From the NCBI RefSeq assembly GCF_000011805.1, contig NC_006840.2: a stretch of 32,000 nt of DNA. One strand, 5' to 3'. The position numbers and the translations under genes were made by a program. This stretch comes from Aliivibrio fischeri ES114. GTDB lineage: Bacteria; Pseudomonadota; Gammaproteobacteria; Enterobacterales; Vibrionaceae. The stretch's first letter is position 1. Every line of letters starts with the position of its first letter. Below are positions 1 to 10,227 of the stretch, piece by piece. The notes under the pieces are model-generated. The model was not told the origin of the DNA, searched no databases, and saw only the letters and a program-made list of their open reading frames with translations.

Positions 1-336
1 ACGTTCAAATAATGGTGCATCATCGGCTACTTTACGCATTTTCGCATTAGGTGCTTTAAGAGTAAGCTGAGAACCCATCTTGTCAGTAACATAATCAATG
101 TCAGCATCTTCAAGGAATGGCAGGCTTAACTCATCAACGTATGCTGATAATTTTTCAAACTTCAGCTCAGTATCATTCGCTTCTACTGCTTCTGGTGGAC
201 AGTAAGATACGCCACACTCTGCGTTTTGAGTACCTGGATTAACCACGAATACACGGATGTTTGTCCCTTCTGGCTGCTGTGCTAGAAGTTTTGCAAAATG
301 CTCTTGGGCACTTTCAGTAATATTGATTGAAGACAC
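1..336 (-). CDS. nfuA: Fe-S cluster biogenesis/carrier protein NfuA, N-terminal part (3' end runs off the window)
   Basis: Not in the ORF track because it is open at the window edge. Reverse-strand translation from GTG (336-334) gives [113 protein letters not shown] recognise this as the NfuA N-terminal A-type-like domain. Confidence 0.85.
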   Translation of the reverse strand, partial: MSSINITESAQEHFAKLLAQQPEGTNIRVFVVNPGTQNAECGVSYCPPEAVEANDTELKFEKLSAYVDELSLPFLEDADIDYVTDKMGSQLTLKAPNAKMRKVADDAPLFER

Positions 337-454
337 AAGTAATACCTGACTAATTTAGTATGATTAAGGATTGTACTCTGAAAAAAAATAATTTTCGAGT
401 AGCGTAGTCAAATTATAGCAATCTTAATAATCAATTTATCAAGATTTGGTCTAA

Positions 455-1273
455 TTATTTACATGTAAGAATGTTATTCCACGGTAAATTTTCGTCACCG
501 AGAACAATAAAATTCGGGTTTTCTAATGACTCTCGTTCATTATAAGAAAGCGGTTCAAGCTCTGTCGATAAGATGCGACCTCCCGCTTCTTGAACAATAC
601 ACTGGGTTGCAGCCGTATCCCATTCGCCAGTTGGTCCTAATCGTAAATAACAATCCACAGCACCTTCTGCGACCAAACAGGCTTTAAGTGCAGCTGACCC
701 TAATGGAACCAAATCGTAATTCCAATCAGAACTCATACAACGTGTTATGTTATTGATATCTTGGCGTCGACTGATCGCTATCGCAATTGGCTGTTTTTCA
801 TCTTCATGCTTTAACGTGCTAATACGAACACTTTCATCCATATCAGGAATTTTCCACGCACCTTTCCCTTCATAGGCGTAGTACGTCACACCAGAAACTG
901 GGCCATATACAACCCCCATTACTGGACGGTTATTTTCAACTAAAGCAATAATCGTAGCAAAATCACCACTGCGAGCGATGAACTCTTGCGTACCATCAAG
1001 AGGGTCAACCAACCCATAACGCTCCCATTGAGCACGTTGCTCTAAAGATATCCCTGCATCTTCTTCAGAAAGAATAGGAATATCTGGTGTTAGTTGAGAA
1101 AGTTTTTCGATAATTAATTTATGAGCGGCGAGATCAGCACTGGTCACCGGAGTTTCATCTGACTTAATGAACTCTTCGAAATCTCCTTTCTCGTATATAT
1201 CGAGAATGAGTTGACCCGATGCACGTGCAATATTGATCACCTCAGGGATAAGGTGAGAAAGTGTAGAATCCAT
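455..1273 (-). CDS. cysQ: 3'(2'),5'-bisphosphate nucleotidase CysQ (inositol monophosphatase family)
   Basis: Family motifs are present: LVDPLDGTQEF and GEWDTAA. The track start at 1276 is a TTG. The ATG at 1273 lies 8 nt after AAGGAG, so I use it as the start. Confidence 0.9.
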   Translation of the reverse strand: MDSTLSHLIPEVINIARASGQLILDIYEKGDFEEFIKSDETPVTSADLAAHKLIIEKLSQLTPDIPILSEEDAGISLEQRAQWERYGLVDPLDGTQEFIARSGDFATIIALVENNRPVMGVVYGPVSGVTYYAYEGKGAWKIPDMDESVRISTLKHEDEKQPIAIAISRRQDINNITRCMSSDWNYDLVPLGSAALKACLVAEGAVDCYLRLGPTGEWDTAATQCIVQEAGGRILSTELEPLSYNERESLENPNFIVLGDENLPWNNILTCK

Positions 1274-1278
1274 CAATA

Positions 1279-1830
1279 TTACTCCTTAGCTAAAAATTGT
1301 TGAGCAAGTAATAGTGCGGTAATGCATCTTGCCTCTGAAAAATCGAGATGATGTAATAACTCTGATGCCTGAGCTAAAGGCCAACGAACCACATCTAAAG
1401 GTTCAGGCTCATCACCTTCTAATCGCTCTGGATATAAATCTTGAGCCAGAATTAATGTCATTTTGCTTGAGAAATAGGAAGGCGCTAATACGATTTCTTT
1501 TAATGGCGTCAGTGTTTTTGCACCAAAACCAATTTCTTCTTTTAGTTCTCGATTTGCCGCTTCTAACGGGGTCTCTCCTAGATCAATCAATCCTTTTGGA
1601 AAACCAAGCTCGTAACTTTCGGTTCCAACAGCATATTCACGAACCAAAAGTAAATCGCCCTGCTCTGTTACAGGAACCATCATGACAGCATGACGACCGC
1701 TTGGTTTCATTCGTTCGTAGGTACGTTCTACACCATTAGAAAAGCGCAAATCAACCGATTCAATGCAGAATAGGTTGGATTTGGCTTCAACGCGTGTATC
1801 CAAAATCGTTGGCAACTGTTTTTTAGCCAT
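1279..1830 (-). CDS. nudE: ADP compounds hydrolase NudE (Nudix family)
   Basis: It has the Nudix box GLIDLGETPLEAANRELKEEIGF and resembles NudE end to end (..REYAVGTESYELGFPKGLID.., ..LEGDEPEPL..VRWPL..). AAGGA lies 6 nt before the ATG. The gene begins 10 nt after the epsN stop. Confidence 0.9.
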   Translation of the reverse strand: MAKKQLPTILDTRVEAKSNLFCIESVDLRFSNGVERTYERMKPSGRHAVMMVPVTEQGDLLLVREYAVGTESYELGFPKGLIDLGETPLEAANRELKEEIGFGAKTLTPLKEIVLAPSYFSSKMTLILAQDLYPERLEGDEPEPLDVVRWPLAQASELLHHLDFSEARCITALLLAQQFLAKE

Positions 1831-1840
1831 CGTTTTTCCT

Positions 1841-2602
1841 TTATAGACGTCCTGAGTATGTCACTCTATATTGCCCTTTTGAATCAGGCTTGCCTACCCA
1901 TTTCAACTGACTTCTTAAACTTGAAGGGAAATTAGCTTCAGGTTTAAACCAACCACTTACTTGATAAGAGCGATTTGGATTAAGGGTAACATCAAATTGG
2001 CTCGCAACATCTTTTGATGATTGCTTACTAACAAGACTGATTTTATTGTCACTACAAATCACATCAGCAATGACGGTTTCAGGGTCAATATTACCTAATG
2101 GTGAAACGACTTTACCACCAGACCAAACGACTTCACCAGTTGCTTGTTTACACCAAGGTTGACCCTGTTGATAAGATTTCACGCTGATCTCTGCTTGGCC
2201 TTGTAATGAGATAGGAACCGCCATAGGCAAATGTTTCATTGCATTTGCAATCGGAAAAGAAAGCACCAAGTTCTCAGCATAAGCCCCCATTGAAACACTA
2301 TAACCAACCGTGCCTTTTCCACGTAAATCTAATTCACTACCACGACCAAAACGCACCGCAAAAACAGCATGACCTTTAAAAATGGCAAGTGGATCAATTT
2401 CCCATTGAACTTGGCCATAGTTCATTCGTTGAAAGGATAATGAATCAACTTGTCCTTTCCATGGTGTCCCTGAAAGCCCAGTTAACTCTAATCCTCTTAC
2501 TTTAGGCGCTTGATCCACAACCCACTGAATTGGGATGTGCAATAATGCACTAAAGGTAAAAAAAGTAGAAAATACGGTCGCGATTAATAACTTAAACTTC
2601 AT
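1841..2602 (-). CDS. epsN: Type II secretion system protein N (GspN/EpsN)
   Basis: This is the last gene of the T2SS cluster. It has an N-terminal signal-anchor (MKFKLLIATVFSTFFTF). Its size of about 250 aa and its position fit GspN. Its start forms an ATGA overlap with the epsM stop. Confidence 0.8.
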   Translation of the reverse strand: MKFKLLIATVFSTFFTFSALLHIPIQWVVDQAPKVRGLELTGLSGTPWKGQVDSLSFQRMNYGQVQWEIDPLAIFKGHAVFAVRFGRGSELDLRGKGTVGYSVSMGAYAENLVLSFPIANAMKHLPMAVPISLQGQAEISVKSYQQGQPWCKQATGEVVWSGGKVVSPLGNIDPETVIADVICSDNKISLVSKQSSKDVASQFDVTLNPNRSYQVSGWFKPEANFPSSLRSQLKWVGKPDSKGQYRVTYSGRL

Positions 2603-3090
2603 GATGCCTCTCGAGTTAATTGAAGACGGTTCACTTCAACCACACCTTCCACATCAGTTTTATTTAAATCTAAAAATTGAACATTAATGCCCTGAGAATC
2701 ACGCAAAAATGCTAGCCAATTAACCAAAGAATTAAAAGGTAATGGTTTTACCCACACTTGCATTTGTTCACCACGAGGCTGCATACGAATTAACTCAATT
2801 TTAAATTGACGAGTACTACTTGGTATCACCTGGTTCATTGGACGAATTGCTGATTGTGAGCTAGAAGATGCCCCACCTCTTAATGTAATGATCGTATCGG
2901 CTTTTTTCTGAACCCACGCTAATAAGTTACGTTCATTATTAATTCGATTTTGAGCAAGTTCTGCACGGTCATTTAATGGTTTTATTCCGCCCCAGTAAAT
3001 AACCGCGATCAACAGTGCCACACCACCGCCAGCAACCAATATACGTTCACGTGGAGAGATACTTTGCCACCATGCCATAAATGCTTTCAT
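2599..3090 (-). CDS. epsM: Type II secretion system protein M (GspM/EpsM)
   Basis: A 163-aa bitopic protein with one N-proximal transmembrane segment (ILVAGGGVALLIAVIYWGG). Its position after gspL is the usual one. It forms a TAATG junction with epsL. Confidence 0.85.
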   Translation of the reverse strand: MKAFMAWWQSISPRERILVAGGGVALLIAVIYWGGIKPLNDRAELAQNRINNERNLLAWVQKKADTIITLRGGASSSSQSAIRPMNQVIPSSTRQFKIELIRMQPRGEQMQVWVKPLPFNSLVNWLAFLRDSQGINVQFLDLNKTDVEGVVEVNRLQLTREAS

Positions 3091-4343
3091 TATTGTCTCC
3101 TAATGATAATGGCACCAAAGACTTGGCCGTCATTCTTATTCAATTGACCTTGCTCTACTTCAAATTTAGTTCCTAGCTCTGAAGTCAACTTCTCAAAATA
3201 TGGGAAATCAGAAGCACTGGCTTGAAGTCGAATTTCATTACGCTTGCCATCAAATTTTAGGCTTTGTAATTTAACTTGAGGAACCTTTGATAAATAAGGT
3301 GATATCTCTGCCATCCAAGCTAACAAATCATGTCCGCCTGCACCACCTTGTAAACGAGCTTCTTCATTTTTCATTTGAGACTTTAAATAGCTCGCCGTTG
3401 GTATTTTTCGCTTATTAGGGAAAATATCTCGAAAGATACGCTCGCTTTCCGCATGCAAAGCCAAACTGTGTTGCTCTAATTTTTGTACTTCAGAAACATG
3501 CTGTGCAACAAAAGCAACCATCACAAGACCAAGAGACAGAATCACTTTTTGCCATACTCGCCAATGCTTTCTCCATGAAGATTGCGGACGATATGGACCA
3601 TTTAGCACGTTTACTTTTGAAGACAACAATCCTTCAGCTAATAATTGCATCACAAGTTCAGGTGATTCAAGGTTAACCTTAGCCCCTGCGATTTCCATTT
3701 CACATTCAGAATAGCTATGAAGAATAAAAGGCATTGGTGATGATTCAGCGTCTTCATCACTTTCTGAATCTTCATATTTGGTTTCAGCACGCTCAACGAT
3801 ACCCGTCAATAACATGGATACCCACTGAGGCTCAGCTACCGCACCTTGGTATTCATGATGACGAATAAGCCATTGTTGACCCAATTGAACCATACTCGCA
3901 CCATCATCATGAAATGGTAAAGCCAATACGTCAGGCATGAATCGTTTGGTTTGGATCCCTGCATCGCTCAGCTGTTCTAACCACATGGTCATCTTGCTGT
4001 GTTCAATAATCGCCACTTGAGCTACTTTGCTGTCTTTTTTCAAAATAACCATATGAAGATCATCAACATCTTGTGCTAAATCATCTTCAATAATAAACGG
4101 TAGCATAGATGAAAACTGACGAGCAGCACCTTCAGGTATCACCACTTCGCGCAATAACACATCACTGCTTGGCAGCAACACTGATACCATGCGTTGTTCA
4201 CTGTATGACGACAACGAAGGTAATGCTTCAGATGAATCTAATTCACCCGAAGCGATCACTTCTTTATTTTCTGGAGACCAGACTATCCATTGAATGGGAT
4301 CTGATGGCTGACTATTCAACCGTATTATCAGATGTTCGCTCAC
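3090..4343 (-). CDS. epsL: Type II secretion system protein L (GspL/EpsL)
   Basis: The N-terminus MSEHLIIRLNS..PIQWIVWS is typical of GspL. A central transmembrane segment (VILSLGLVMVAFVAQ) follows a cytoplasmic domain of about 250 aa. The start is GTG at 4343, preceded by GGAGG at 5 nt, and lies inside the 3' end of epsK. Confidence 0.88.
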   Translation of the reverse strand: MSEHLIIRLNSQPSDPIQWIVWSPENKEVIASGELDSSEALPSLSSYSEQRMVSVLLPSSDVLLREVVIPEGAARQFSSMLPFIIEDDLAQDVDDLHMVILKKDSKVAQVAIIEHSKMTMWLEQLSDAGIQTKRFMPDVLALPFHDDGASMVQLGQQWLIRHHEYQGAVAEPQWVSMLLTGIVERAETKYEDSESDEDAESSPMPFILHSYSECEMEIAGAKVNLESPELVMQLLAEGLLSSKVNVLNGPYRPQSSWRKHWRVWQKVILSLGLVMVAFVAQHVSEVQKLEQHSLALHAESERIFRDIFPNKRKIPTASYLKSQMKNEEARLQGGAGGHDLLAWMAEISPYLSKVPQVKLQSLKFDGKRNEIRLQASASDFPYFEKLTSELGTKFEVEQGQLNKNDGQVFGAIIIRRQ

Positions 4344-5346
4344 TCATTCCTCCATATTGGCGACGGATAACGTTCACCACTTTCTTATCACTGCTATGTA
4401 ATAAAGAACGCACACGTACGCGCGAATCTTCTACTAATACTTGAGCATCTAACTCAAAAAACTGACTATCTACGGATAAATAATCTTTTGCTTGTTTACG
4501 AACTTTTTCTTCAACTCGACTAATTGGTCCTTCAGCAAGAAAATCATCCACCGAATCCCATCCATCAAAAGGTCGATCTTCTAATACACTTCTTGCGTCA
4601 CCTTCACTTAAATTTGGAGAAAAAAGCGCAACTAATATCTTGGCATTTTCCGGCGCTAAGGTGTTTACATTTAAGTACCAATTGCCACTAGGTATCGCAC
4701 AAATCAGGGGAGATACTTTTTCAACAACTTCTGCTGTAACACCATTAACAGCACGTAACTCACTGACATCACCCATCCAACTATTTGGTGCTAAATACGC
4801 TGGTTTAAACGATTGATAAGTGTTGTCTTCAACACCAGTCATTGAGCGTACAACATCATCAGGGTCGAGGTATTCCCACGTTGAGTCAGCAATGGTTTCA
4901 GCAAGGTAATTATCCACCTCCACTGACTCTAATAAATTCATCCATACTCCCACTAAAAAAGGGCGTTTAGATGAATCATTACTGGCTTCAATACTGCTTA
5001 GTGCATTTAAGTTAAAGCAAGCTTGTTTGTCTTTTACACCACCATAAGCTTCACCATAATCAAGTGGATAAGTGGTTTCCTCAGTTGCCCATGCTTGGCT
5101 TAAATTAATGTTTTTTCCATCTTTGTAAGCTTCTTCTATTCCGGTTTTTGCTAAGGCTTCAACACCAATAGAATACCAATACGCTTGTTGGTGATTTAAC
5201 TGATTCTGAGCACGATGAAACTGAAGAAATAAGCGTTCTGACATCTGGGCAGCAATGGTGGTCATAATGGCTAAAAGCAGCAGTACCACAATCAATGCAA
5301 CGCCTTTATTCTTTTTAAAATGGGAAATCACGCCTACCTTTCTCAT
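4312..5346 (-). CDS. epsK: Type II secretion minor pseudopilin K (GspK/EpsK)
   Basis: The N-terminal hydrophobic pseudopilin segment is KGVALIVVLLLLAIMTTIAAQM, which lacks Glu+5 as in GspK. Size (344 aa) and position fit. It forms a TAATG junction with epsJ. Confidence 0.88.
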   Translation of the reverse strand: MRKVGVISHFKKNKGVALIVVLLLLAIMTTIAAQMSERLFLQFHRAQNQLNHQQAYWYSIGVEALAKTGIEEAYKDGKNINLSQAWATEETTYPLDYGEAYGGVKDKQACFNLNALSSIEASNDSSKRPFLVGVWMNLLESVEVDNYLAETIADSTWEYLDPDDVVRSMTGVEDNTYQSFKPAYLAPNSWMGDVSELRAVNGVTAEVVEKVSPLICAIPSGNWYLNVNTLAPENAKILVALFSPNLSEGDARSVLEDRPFDGWDSVDDFLAEGPISRVEEKVRKQAKDYLSVDSQFFELDAQVLVEDSRVRVRSLLHSSDKKVVNVIRRQYGGMSERTSDNTVE

Positions 5347-6026
5347 TAGCCACGATCCTCTTTTGAATCATCACTATTTTGATTAGCATTATTATCCAGT
5401 TTAAATCCTGGAGTAAGGTAAACACGCTCAACGTCACCATAATCTTTAAACGTGAGTATCATTTTAATGGCATTGGGTAATTGATTTTTCATTTCCCATT
5501 TTTTTAGCCATTTTTTACCATCATAAAATTCAAATTTTAGCTCTTCAATGCCATCAATAAGCGGAGTAATTACCGCTTCCTGACCAACAGGCGTATCTGG
5601 ATATCGCCACCATAATCGCTCTAATTTATTTTCAATAACTCGATAACCAACTTTAGTAATTTCACCACGAGGAAAGGCTTGTTGTGGGTTTTTCCAACCA
5701 AGACGCACAAACAAAATGGCTTGGAATTCAGAATCAAGGAAATACTCTCCCGATTTCAACAAGGCTTCCGAGGCTTTTTCACCACCCGTTCGAAATTGGC
5801 GAGCAACAATTTGTCGAAAATCATTATCGAGAAAAACCAAACTACGTTGCAGCTGTTTAATTCGCTCACTTTTTTCTAATGATTGTTCATTACTGCGTTG
5901 TACTTGGTTTACTACTTGATACGCAGCAAAGCTCAAGGTCGCAAATACAGCAATAGCAACCATCACTTCAATGAGTGTGAAGCCTCTTGCTTTTGAAAAA
6001 GGTTGAGAAAAACTACGGCGCAACAT
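5346..6026 (-). CDS. epsJ: Type II secretion minor pseudopilin J (GspJ/EpsJ)
   Basis: It has the prepilin-type leader and cleavage motif ..KARG/FTLIEVMVAIAVF. Size (226 aa) and position fit GspJ. Confidence 0.9.
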   Translation of the reverse strand: MLRRSFSQPFSKARGFTLIEVMVAIAVFATLSFAAYQVVNQVQRSNEQSLEKSERIKQLQRSLVFLDNDFRQIVARQFRTGGEKASEALLKSGEYFLDSEFQAILFVRLGWKNPQQAFPRGEITKVGYRVIENKLERLWWRYPDTPVGQEAVITPLIDGIEELKFEFYDGKKWLKKWEMKNQLPNAIKMILTFKDYGDVERVYLTPGFKLDNNANQNSDDSKEDRG

Positions 6027-6390
6027 ACGTTCTTACCGTAATTAAAGGGGATTCTTGATCTTTAGTGGTCGACACAGATACATCCACAGATTTTAAAATA
6101 TCAGACGTTGTTTTTACTGGAGCAATCGTCCAATACCATGTTTGTCCTGCCAGTTCTGTCTCTCCCTTCTTCTTCGTTGTCGGTGGTTTATCTAACATCA
6201 TTAATGCCATTTGATTATCCACCACTATGCTTGCAAACGTCTTTTCTTCTAAATAACTTAATGTATTTATATGTTGAGTCACCGAGCGCAACACACTTAG
6301 GGCTGCAGTTGCGAAAATAGCAAGCGCAACTAAGACTTCAAGTAATGTCATGCCTTTAGAAGAAGTTCGCTGATATGTCTTATTCCTCAT
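6013..6390 (-). CDS. epsI: Type II secretion minor pseudopilin I (GspI/EpsI)
   Basis: It has the prepilin motif ..SSKG/MTLLEVLVALAIFA. The track start at 6411 is a TTG. The ATG at 6390 has GGAGG 6 nt upstream, so I use it. Confidence 0.9.
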   Translation of the reverse strand: MRNKTYQRTSSKGMTLLEVLVALAIFATAALSVLRSVTQHINTLSYLEEKTFASIVVDNQMALMMLDKPPTTKKKGETELAGQTWYWTIAPVKTTSDILKSVDVSVSTTKDQESPLITVRTYVAP

Positions 6391-6976
6391 CACGTTCCTC
6401 CCCCGGAGCAAATAATTTAATCACTCCGGATTCTTCAACGCGAATAAGCCATGATTTATCATCAAGGTTTCCACGAGCACCTTGCGGAGATAAACGAAAC
6501 GAAAAAGGAGTCACTTCACCACTTGAAAGCACCATGACTTGAGGAGGTGTTGGCTTTTTACCTTTTTCGACATCCGCAAACATCTCTTCATCAAATAAAG
6601 AGCCCGGCTCAAAGAGTCGCTCATCATCTGCCCAAGCTGAACCACCAAGCGTCATATCAAACTCTAGCGACTCTTCCAATTTCACTTCTGTAAAAAAGCG
6701 GCTTTTCTCAATTGGCTGCCAACCATCTACCATTAATTGCATAAAGCGGTATTCTTGTCGCTCTTGATTAAAGTAAATGCCGTAATCCATCCCATTGAGC
6801 AAAGCATCCTCATTAAGGAGTTGAACAAGTTGATAAAAACGTGAGGCTTCTTCCTCCAGCTGGTCATCCTGATTATCAGGAAGGCTCATGATAACGGCCA
6901 TCGCACTGAGCGATAACAGTACCAATACCAACATTATTTCGATCAGGGTAAACCCAACCTCACGTTTTATTTTCAT
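6380..6976 (-). CDS. epsH: Type II secretion minor pseudopilin H (GspH/EpsH)
   Basis: It has the prepilin motif ..REVG/FTLIEIMLVLVLLS. The track start at 6979 is a GTG immediately followed by the ATG at 6976, which I use. The choice between these adjacent codons is uncertain. Confidence 0.85.
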   Translation of the reverse strand: MKIKREVGFTLIEIMLVLVLLSLSAMAVIMSLPDNQDDQLEEEASRFYQLVQLLNEDALLNGMDYGIYFNQERQEYRFMQLMVDGWQPIEKSRFFTEVKLEESLEFDMTLGGSAWADDERLFEPGSLFDEEMFADVEKGKKPTPPQVMVLSSGEVTPFSFRLSPQGARGNLDDKSWLIRVEESGVIKLFAPGEERDEE

Positions 6977-6998
6977 CACTGTTCTTATTTATGAAGAC

Positions 6999-7451
6999 TT
7001 ATTGAAAGTCTTGCATGTTCCAGTTACCAATATCCGCATTCGCACCTTCACCGCCTTCTTGACCATCAGCACCTAGTGTGAAGATATCGATAGTACCGTT
7101 ATCACCTGGGCTTAGGTATTGATACTCATTACCCCATGGATCATTTGGTAAACGACGAATGTAACCGTCTGCACGGTAATTACGAGGCTCTGGAGTTGCT
7201 GTTGGTTTTGAAACTAGTGCTTCTAAACCTTGGTCTGTTGTTGGGTATACACTGTTATCTAGCTTGTACATATCCAGTGAGTTTTCTAGTGCAACAATAT
7301 CGGTGATCGCTTTTTGCTGATCGGCTTTCTCTTTATTACCAAGTAGGTTCGGAACCACTAAGCTCGCTAACACACCAAGAATTACAATCACGACCATTAC
7401 TTCTAAAAGCGTAAAGCCGCCTTGTTTACGTTGAGCTGAATTGACTTGCAT
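6999..7451 (-). CDS. epsG: Type II secretion major pseudopilin G (GspG/EpsG)
   Basis: The sequence QRKQGG/FTLLEVMVVIVILGVLASLVVPNL..DPWGNEYQY is the canonical GspG sequence. AGGAG lies 7 nt before the ATG. Confidence 0.97.
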   Translation of the reverse strand: MQVNSAQRKQGGFTLLEVMVVIVILGVLASLVVPNLLGNKEKADQQKAITDIVALENSLDMYKLDNSVYPTTDQGLEALVSKPTATPEPRNYRADGYIRRLPNDPWGNEYQYLSPGDNGTIDIFTLGADGQEGGEGANADIGNWNMQDFQ

Positions 7452-7512
7452 GGAATAACTCCTAACGTTAAAAATTCATATAAGATAAAAGAAAGGTAGA
7501 TAGCAGCGAATG

Positions 7513-8727
7513 CTATCCAACCAAATTATTTAATTCGATTATTGGCATCAATGTCGCAACAACAATGAAGAGAACAATGCCCGCCATAAAGACAATCAAT
7601 AGTGGTTCAAAAATCCCTAATGCCATATTGACTAAAGATTCAAAATCTCGGTCCTGATTATCCGCAGAACGCGTTAGCATTTGCTCTAATTCACCACTTT
7701 GTTCACCACTGGCAATCATGTGCAACATCATTGGGGGGAACAATTTCGTTTGCTCAAGAGAAACACGTAAACTTGCGCCCTCTCGAACGTTATCTGCAGC
7801 TTCTAATACTTGTTGTTTAAAGTAGGTATTACTCATTACATCTGCAGCGACTTTCATACCATCAAGCAAAGGAATCGCACTTGATGTACAAATGGATAAT
7901 GTACGAGCAAAACGAGAGGTATTTAACCCTCGAACCACCTTACCAATAACAGGAAGCTGTAAGATTTTTTTATCCCATGCTAAGCGTAAATGCGGTTTCG
8001 TAAGTAACCACTTCACACCAGCAATAAAAACAATCACAACCACAACAACCAATAATCCCCAATGAACAACAAAGTTACTGGCTGCCAATAAGACTTCAGT
8101 AACCGTAGGAAGTCCTTGTCCCATTTGCACAAACTGATCAACTATCTTTGGTACTACTGTTGCTAATAAAAATGAAATTACAGCAATAGCAATCAGAGTT
8201 AGCATGATCGGGTAAATCATCGCTTGTTGTAATTTACTGCGCATCTTCTGGCGGTTTTCAGCGTAATCCGCTAAGCGATTTAATACCGTATCTAGATGAC
8301 CAGATTTTTCACCCGCTGCCACCATTGAACAAAACAGATCATCAAATACATGAGGATAATCAGCAAAACTCTCAGCAAGAGGATAACCTTCAATAACTCG
8401 TGAACGTACTCCCATCATCATGCTACGGATATGCGCTTTTTCACCCTGCTCTGCCACCGCTTTTAAACTCTCTTCAAGTGGCATTCCAGCTTGAACCAAG
8501 GTGGCTAATTGACGCGTGATCAACGATAAATCATTAACACTGATCCCACGTTTAAAACTTAACCCTTGCGAAGCACTTTTTTGCTGCTTAGATTTAGTTT
8601 CAATGACTTCAACAGGGATGAGGCCTTGCTCTTTTAATCGTTGACGAACTTGGCGGGCATTATCTCCCTCCATGACGCCTTTTTTCTGTTTTCCTTTTTC
8701 TAACGCTTTATATTCAAACGCCGCCAT
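7513..8727 (-). CDS. epsF: Type II secretion inner-membrane platform protein F (GspF/EpsF)
   Basis: The N-terminus MAAFEYKALEKGKQKKGVMEGDNARQVRQRLKEQGLIPVEV is typical of GspF. The protein is polytopic and about 400 aa. Its start directly abuts the epsE stop (TAGATG). Confidence 0.96.
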   Translation of the reverse strand: MAAFEYKALEKGKQKKGVMEGDNARQVRQRLKEQGLIPVEVIETKSKQQKSASQGLSFKRGISVNDLSLITRQLATLVQAGMPLEESLKAVAEQGEKAHIRSMMMGVRSRVIEGYPLAESFADYPHVFDDLFCSMVAAGEKSGHLDTVLNRLADYAENRQKMRSKLQQAMIYPIMLTLIAIAVISFLLATVVPKIVDQFVQMGQGLPTVTEVLLAASNFVVHWGLLVVVVVIVFIAGVKWLLTKPHLRLAWDKKILQLPVIGKVVRGLNTSRFARTLSICTSSAIPLLDGMKVAADVMSNTYFKQQVLEAADNVREGASLRVSLEQTKLFPPMMLHMIASGEQSGELEQMLTRSADNQDRDFESLVNMALGIFEPLLIVFMAGIVLFIVVATLMPIIELNNLVG

Positions 8728-10227
8728 CTAACCTTCCCGAGTGACTCGCATCACCTCTTCTAATGTGGTTATTCCTTTTTGTACTTTTAATAAGCCGTCT
8801 TGTTGAATACTGCGAGTCGACTTTCTTACTTCTTTTTCTATCGCTTGTTCACCCACTTCTTTGTGAATCAACTCTTGTACTTTTTCATTAACCACTAAAA
8901 GTTCATGAATACCGGTACGACCACGATAACCTTTACCATTACAGTGTTCACAACCCACTGGTTTATAAAGTGTGAGCTCATCTCTTGCAGAAAGAGAAAA
9001 CAATTTCTTCTGCTCTTCATCCGCTTGATACGCCTCTTTACATTCACCACACAGAGTTCGAACTAGACGCTGTGCAAGTACACCAAGTAATGAAGATGAA
9101 ATTAAGAAAGGTTCAATACCCATATCACGAAGACGTGTAATCGCACCCACCGCGGTATTGGTGTGCAATGTTGACATAACTAAGTGACCGGTTAATGATG
9201 CTTGAACTGCAATTTCTGCGGTTTCTAAGTCACGGATCTCACCTATCATCACCACATCAGGGTCTTGACGAAGAATGGCACGTAAACCACGAGCAAACGT
9301 CATGTCTACTTTTGGATTTACTTGTGTTTGACCAATGCCATCGATATCAAATTCGATCGGATCTTCAACGGTTAAAATATTGGATTGAGAGCTATCTAAT
9401 TCACCTAAGCCCGCATACAAGGTAGTTGATTTACCAGAACCGGTTGGGCCAGTAACCAAGATAATACCGTGTGGGCGTTTAATAATATGCTGAAAGTTTT
9501 TATGGTTTTCAGGCGACATGCCCAAACTGTTTAAGTCCAGTCGCGTCGCATTCTTATCCAATAAACGCATTACCACACGCTCCCCATGCGATGACGGCAT
9601 GGTTGATACACGCACATCAACAGCACGACCACCAATACGCAATGAAATACGACCATCTTGCGGGACTCGTTTTTCAGCAATGTCCAATTTCGACATCACT
9701 TTTACACGAGATACCAATAATGGCGCTAACTTACGACTTGGGCTTAATACATCACGCAACACACCATCGACACGGAAACGAATCGACAATACTTTTTCAA
9801 ACGTTTCAATATGAATGTCCGACGCACCTTCTTTAATCGCTTCACCTAACATGGCGTTGATTAATTTAATGATTGGCGCATCATCTTCTGATTCTAGTAA
9901 ATCATCATTATTTGGTAACTCTTCTGCCAATGAGAAGAAATCGTCACTATCAGCACCGATATCTTCCATTAACTGTTGAGCTTCTGATGAGTTACGTTGA
10001 TATACCTGAGTTAACTTGGTATCAAACTCATCTTTAGTTAATTGAATTAATGAAAAACCAGATTGACATACACGGCGAATCTCACACAGCACCATAGAAG
10101 AAGGGGCTGATACATAGTACAGCACCCATCCATTAGTACTTAATTCGATAACTACCGAATGCCTTTTTGCAAATGAAAAAGGTAAACGAAGTACAGCATT
10201 AGATTCAGGAAATAATGTATCCGCCAT
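8728..10227 (-). CDS. epsE: Type II secretion ATPase E (GspE/EpsE)
   Basis: It has Walker [13 protein letters not shown] and the Asp/His box regions. It also has the tetracysteine zinc motif [17 protein letters not shown]. It forms a TAATG junction with epsD. Confidence 0.98.
   Translation of the reverse strand: MADTLFPESNAVLRLPFSFAKRHSVVIELSTNGWVLYYVSAPSSMVLCEIRRVCQSGFSLIQLTKDEFDTKLTQVYQRNSSEAQQLMEDIGADSDDFFSLAEELPNNDDLLESEDDAPIIKLINAMLGEAIKEGASDIHIETFEKVLSIRFRVDGVLRDVLSPSRKLAPLLVSRVKVMSKLDIAEKRVPQDGRISLRIGGRAVDVRVSTMPSSHGERVVMRLLDKNATRLDLNSLGMSPENHKNFQHIIKRPHGIILVTGPTGSGKSTTLYAGLGELDSSQSNILTVEDPIEFDIDGIGQTQVNPKVDMTFARGLRAILRQDPDVVMIGEIRDLETAEIAVQASLTGHLVMSTLHTNTAVGAITRLRDMGIEPFLISSSLLGVLAQRLVRTLCGECKEAYQADEEQKKLFSLSARDELTLYKPVGCEHCNGKGYRGRTGIHELLVVNEKVQELIHKEVGEQAIEKEVRKSTRSIQQDGLLKVQKGITTLEEVMRVTREG

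Noticed and set aside
412-417. A perfect TATAAT on the minus strand upstream of nfuA as its promoter
   Set aside because: The best -35 candidate (TTGATA) is 19 nt away and nothing else supports it, so it is too weak to report as a feature.
1329-1685. 118-aa plus-strand ORF antisense to nudE
   Set aside because: It lies entirely inside a well-supported Nudix gene on the other strand. The translation is leucine-rich and low in complexity, with no start context, so it is a shadow ORF.
4109-4444. 111-aa plus-strand ORF across the epsL/epsK junction
   Set aside because: It is antisense to two confident T2SS genes, with no Shine-Dalgarno sequence and no recognisable domain.
5679-5919. Two overlapping 66-67-aa plus-strand ORFs inside epsJ
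   Set aside because: They are antisense shadow ORFs within a confident pseudopilin gene.
9195-9836. Three plus-strand ORFs of 76-98 aa inside epsE
   Set aside because: They are antisense to the highly conserved ATPase gene, and their composition is typical of shadow frames.
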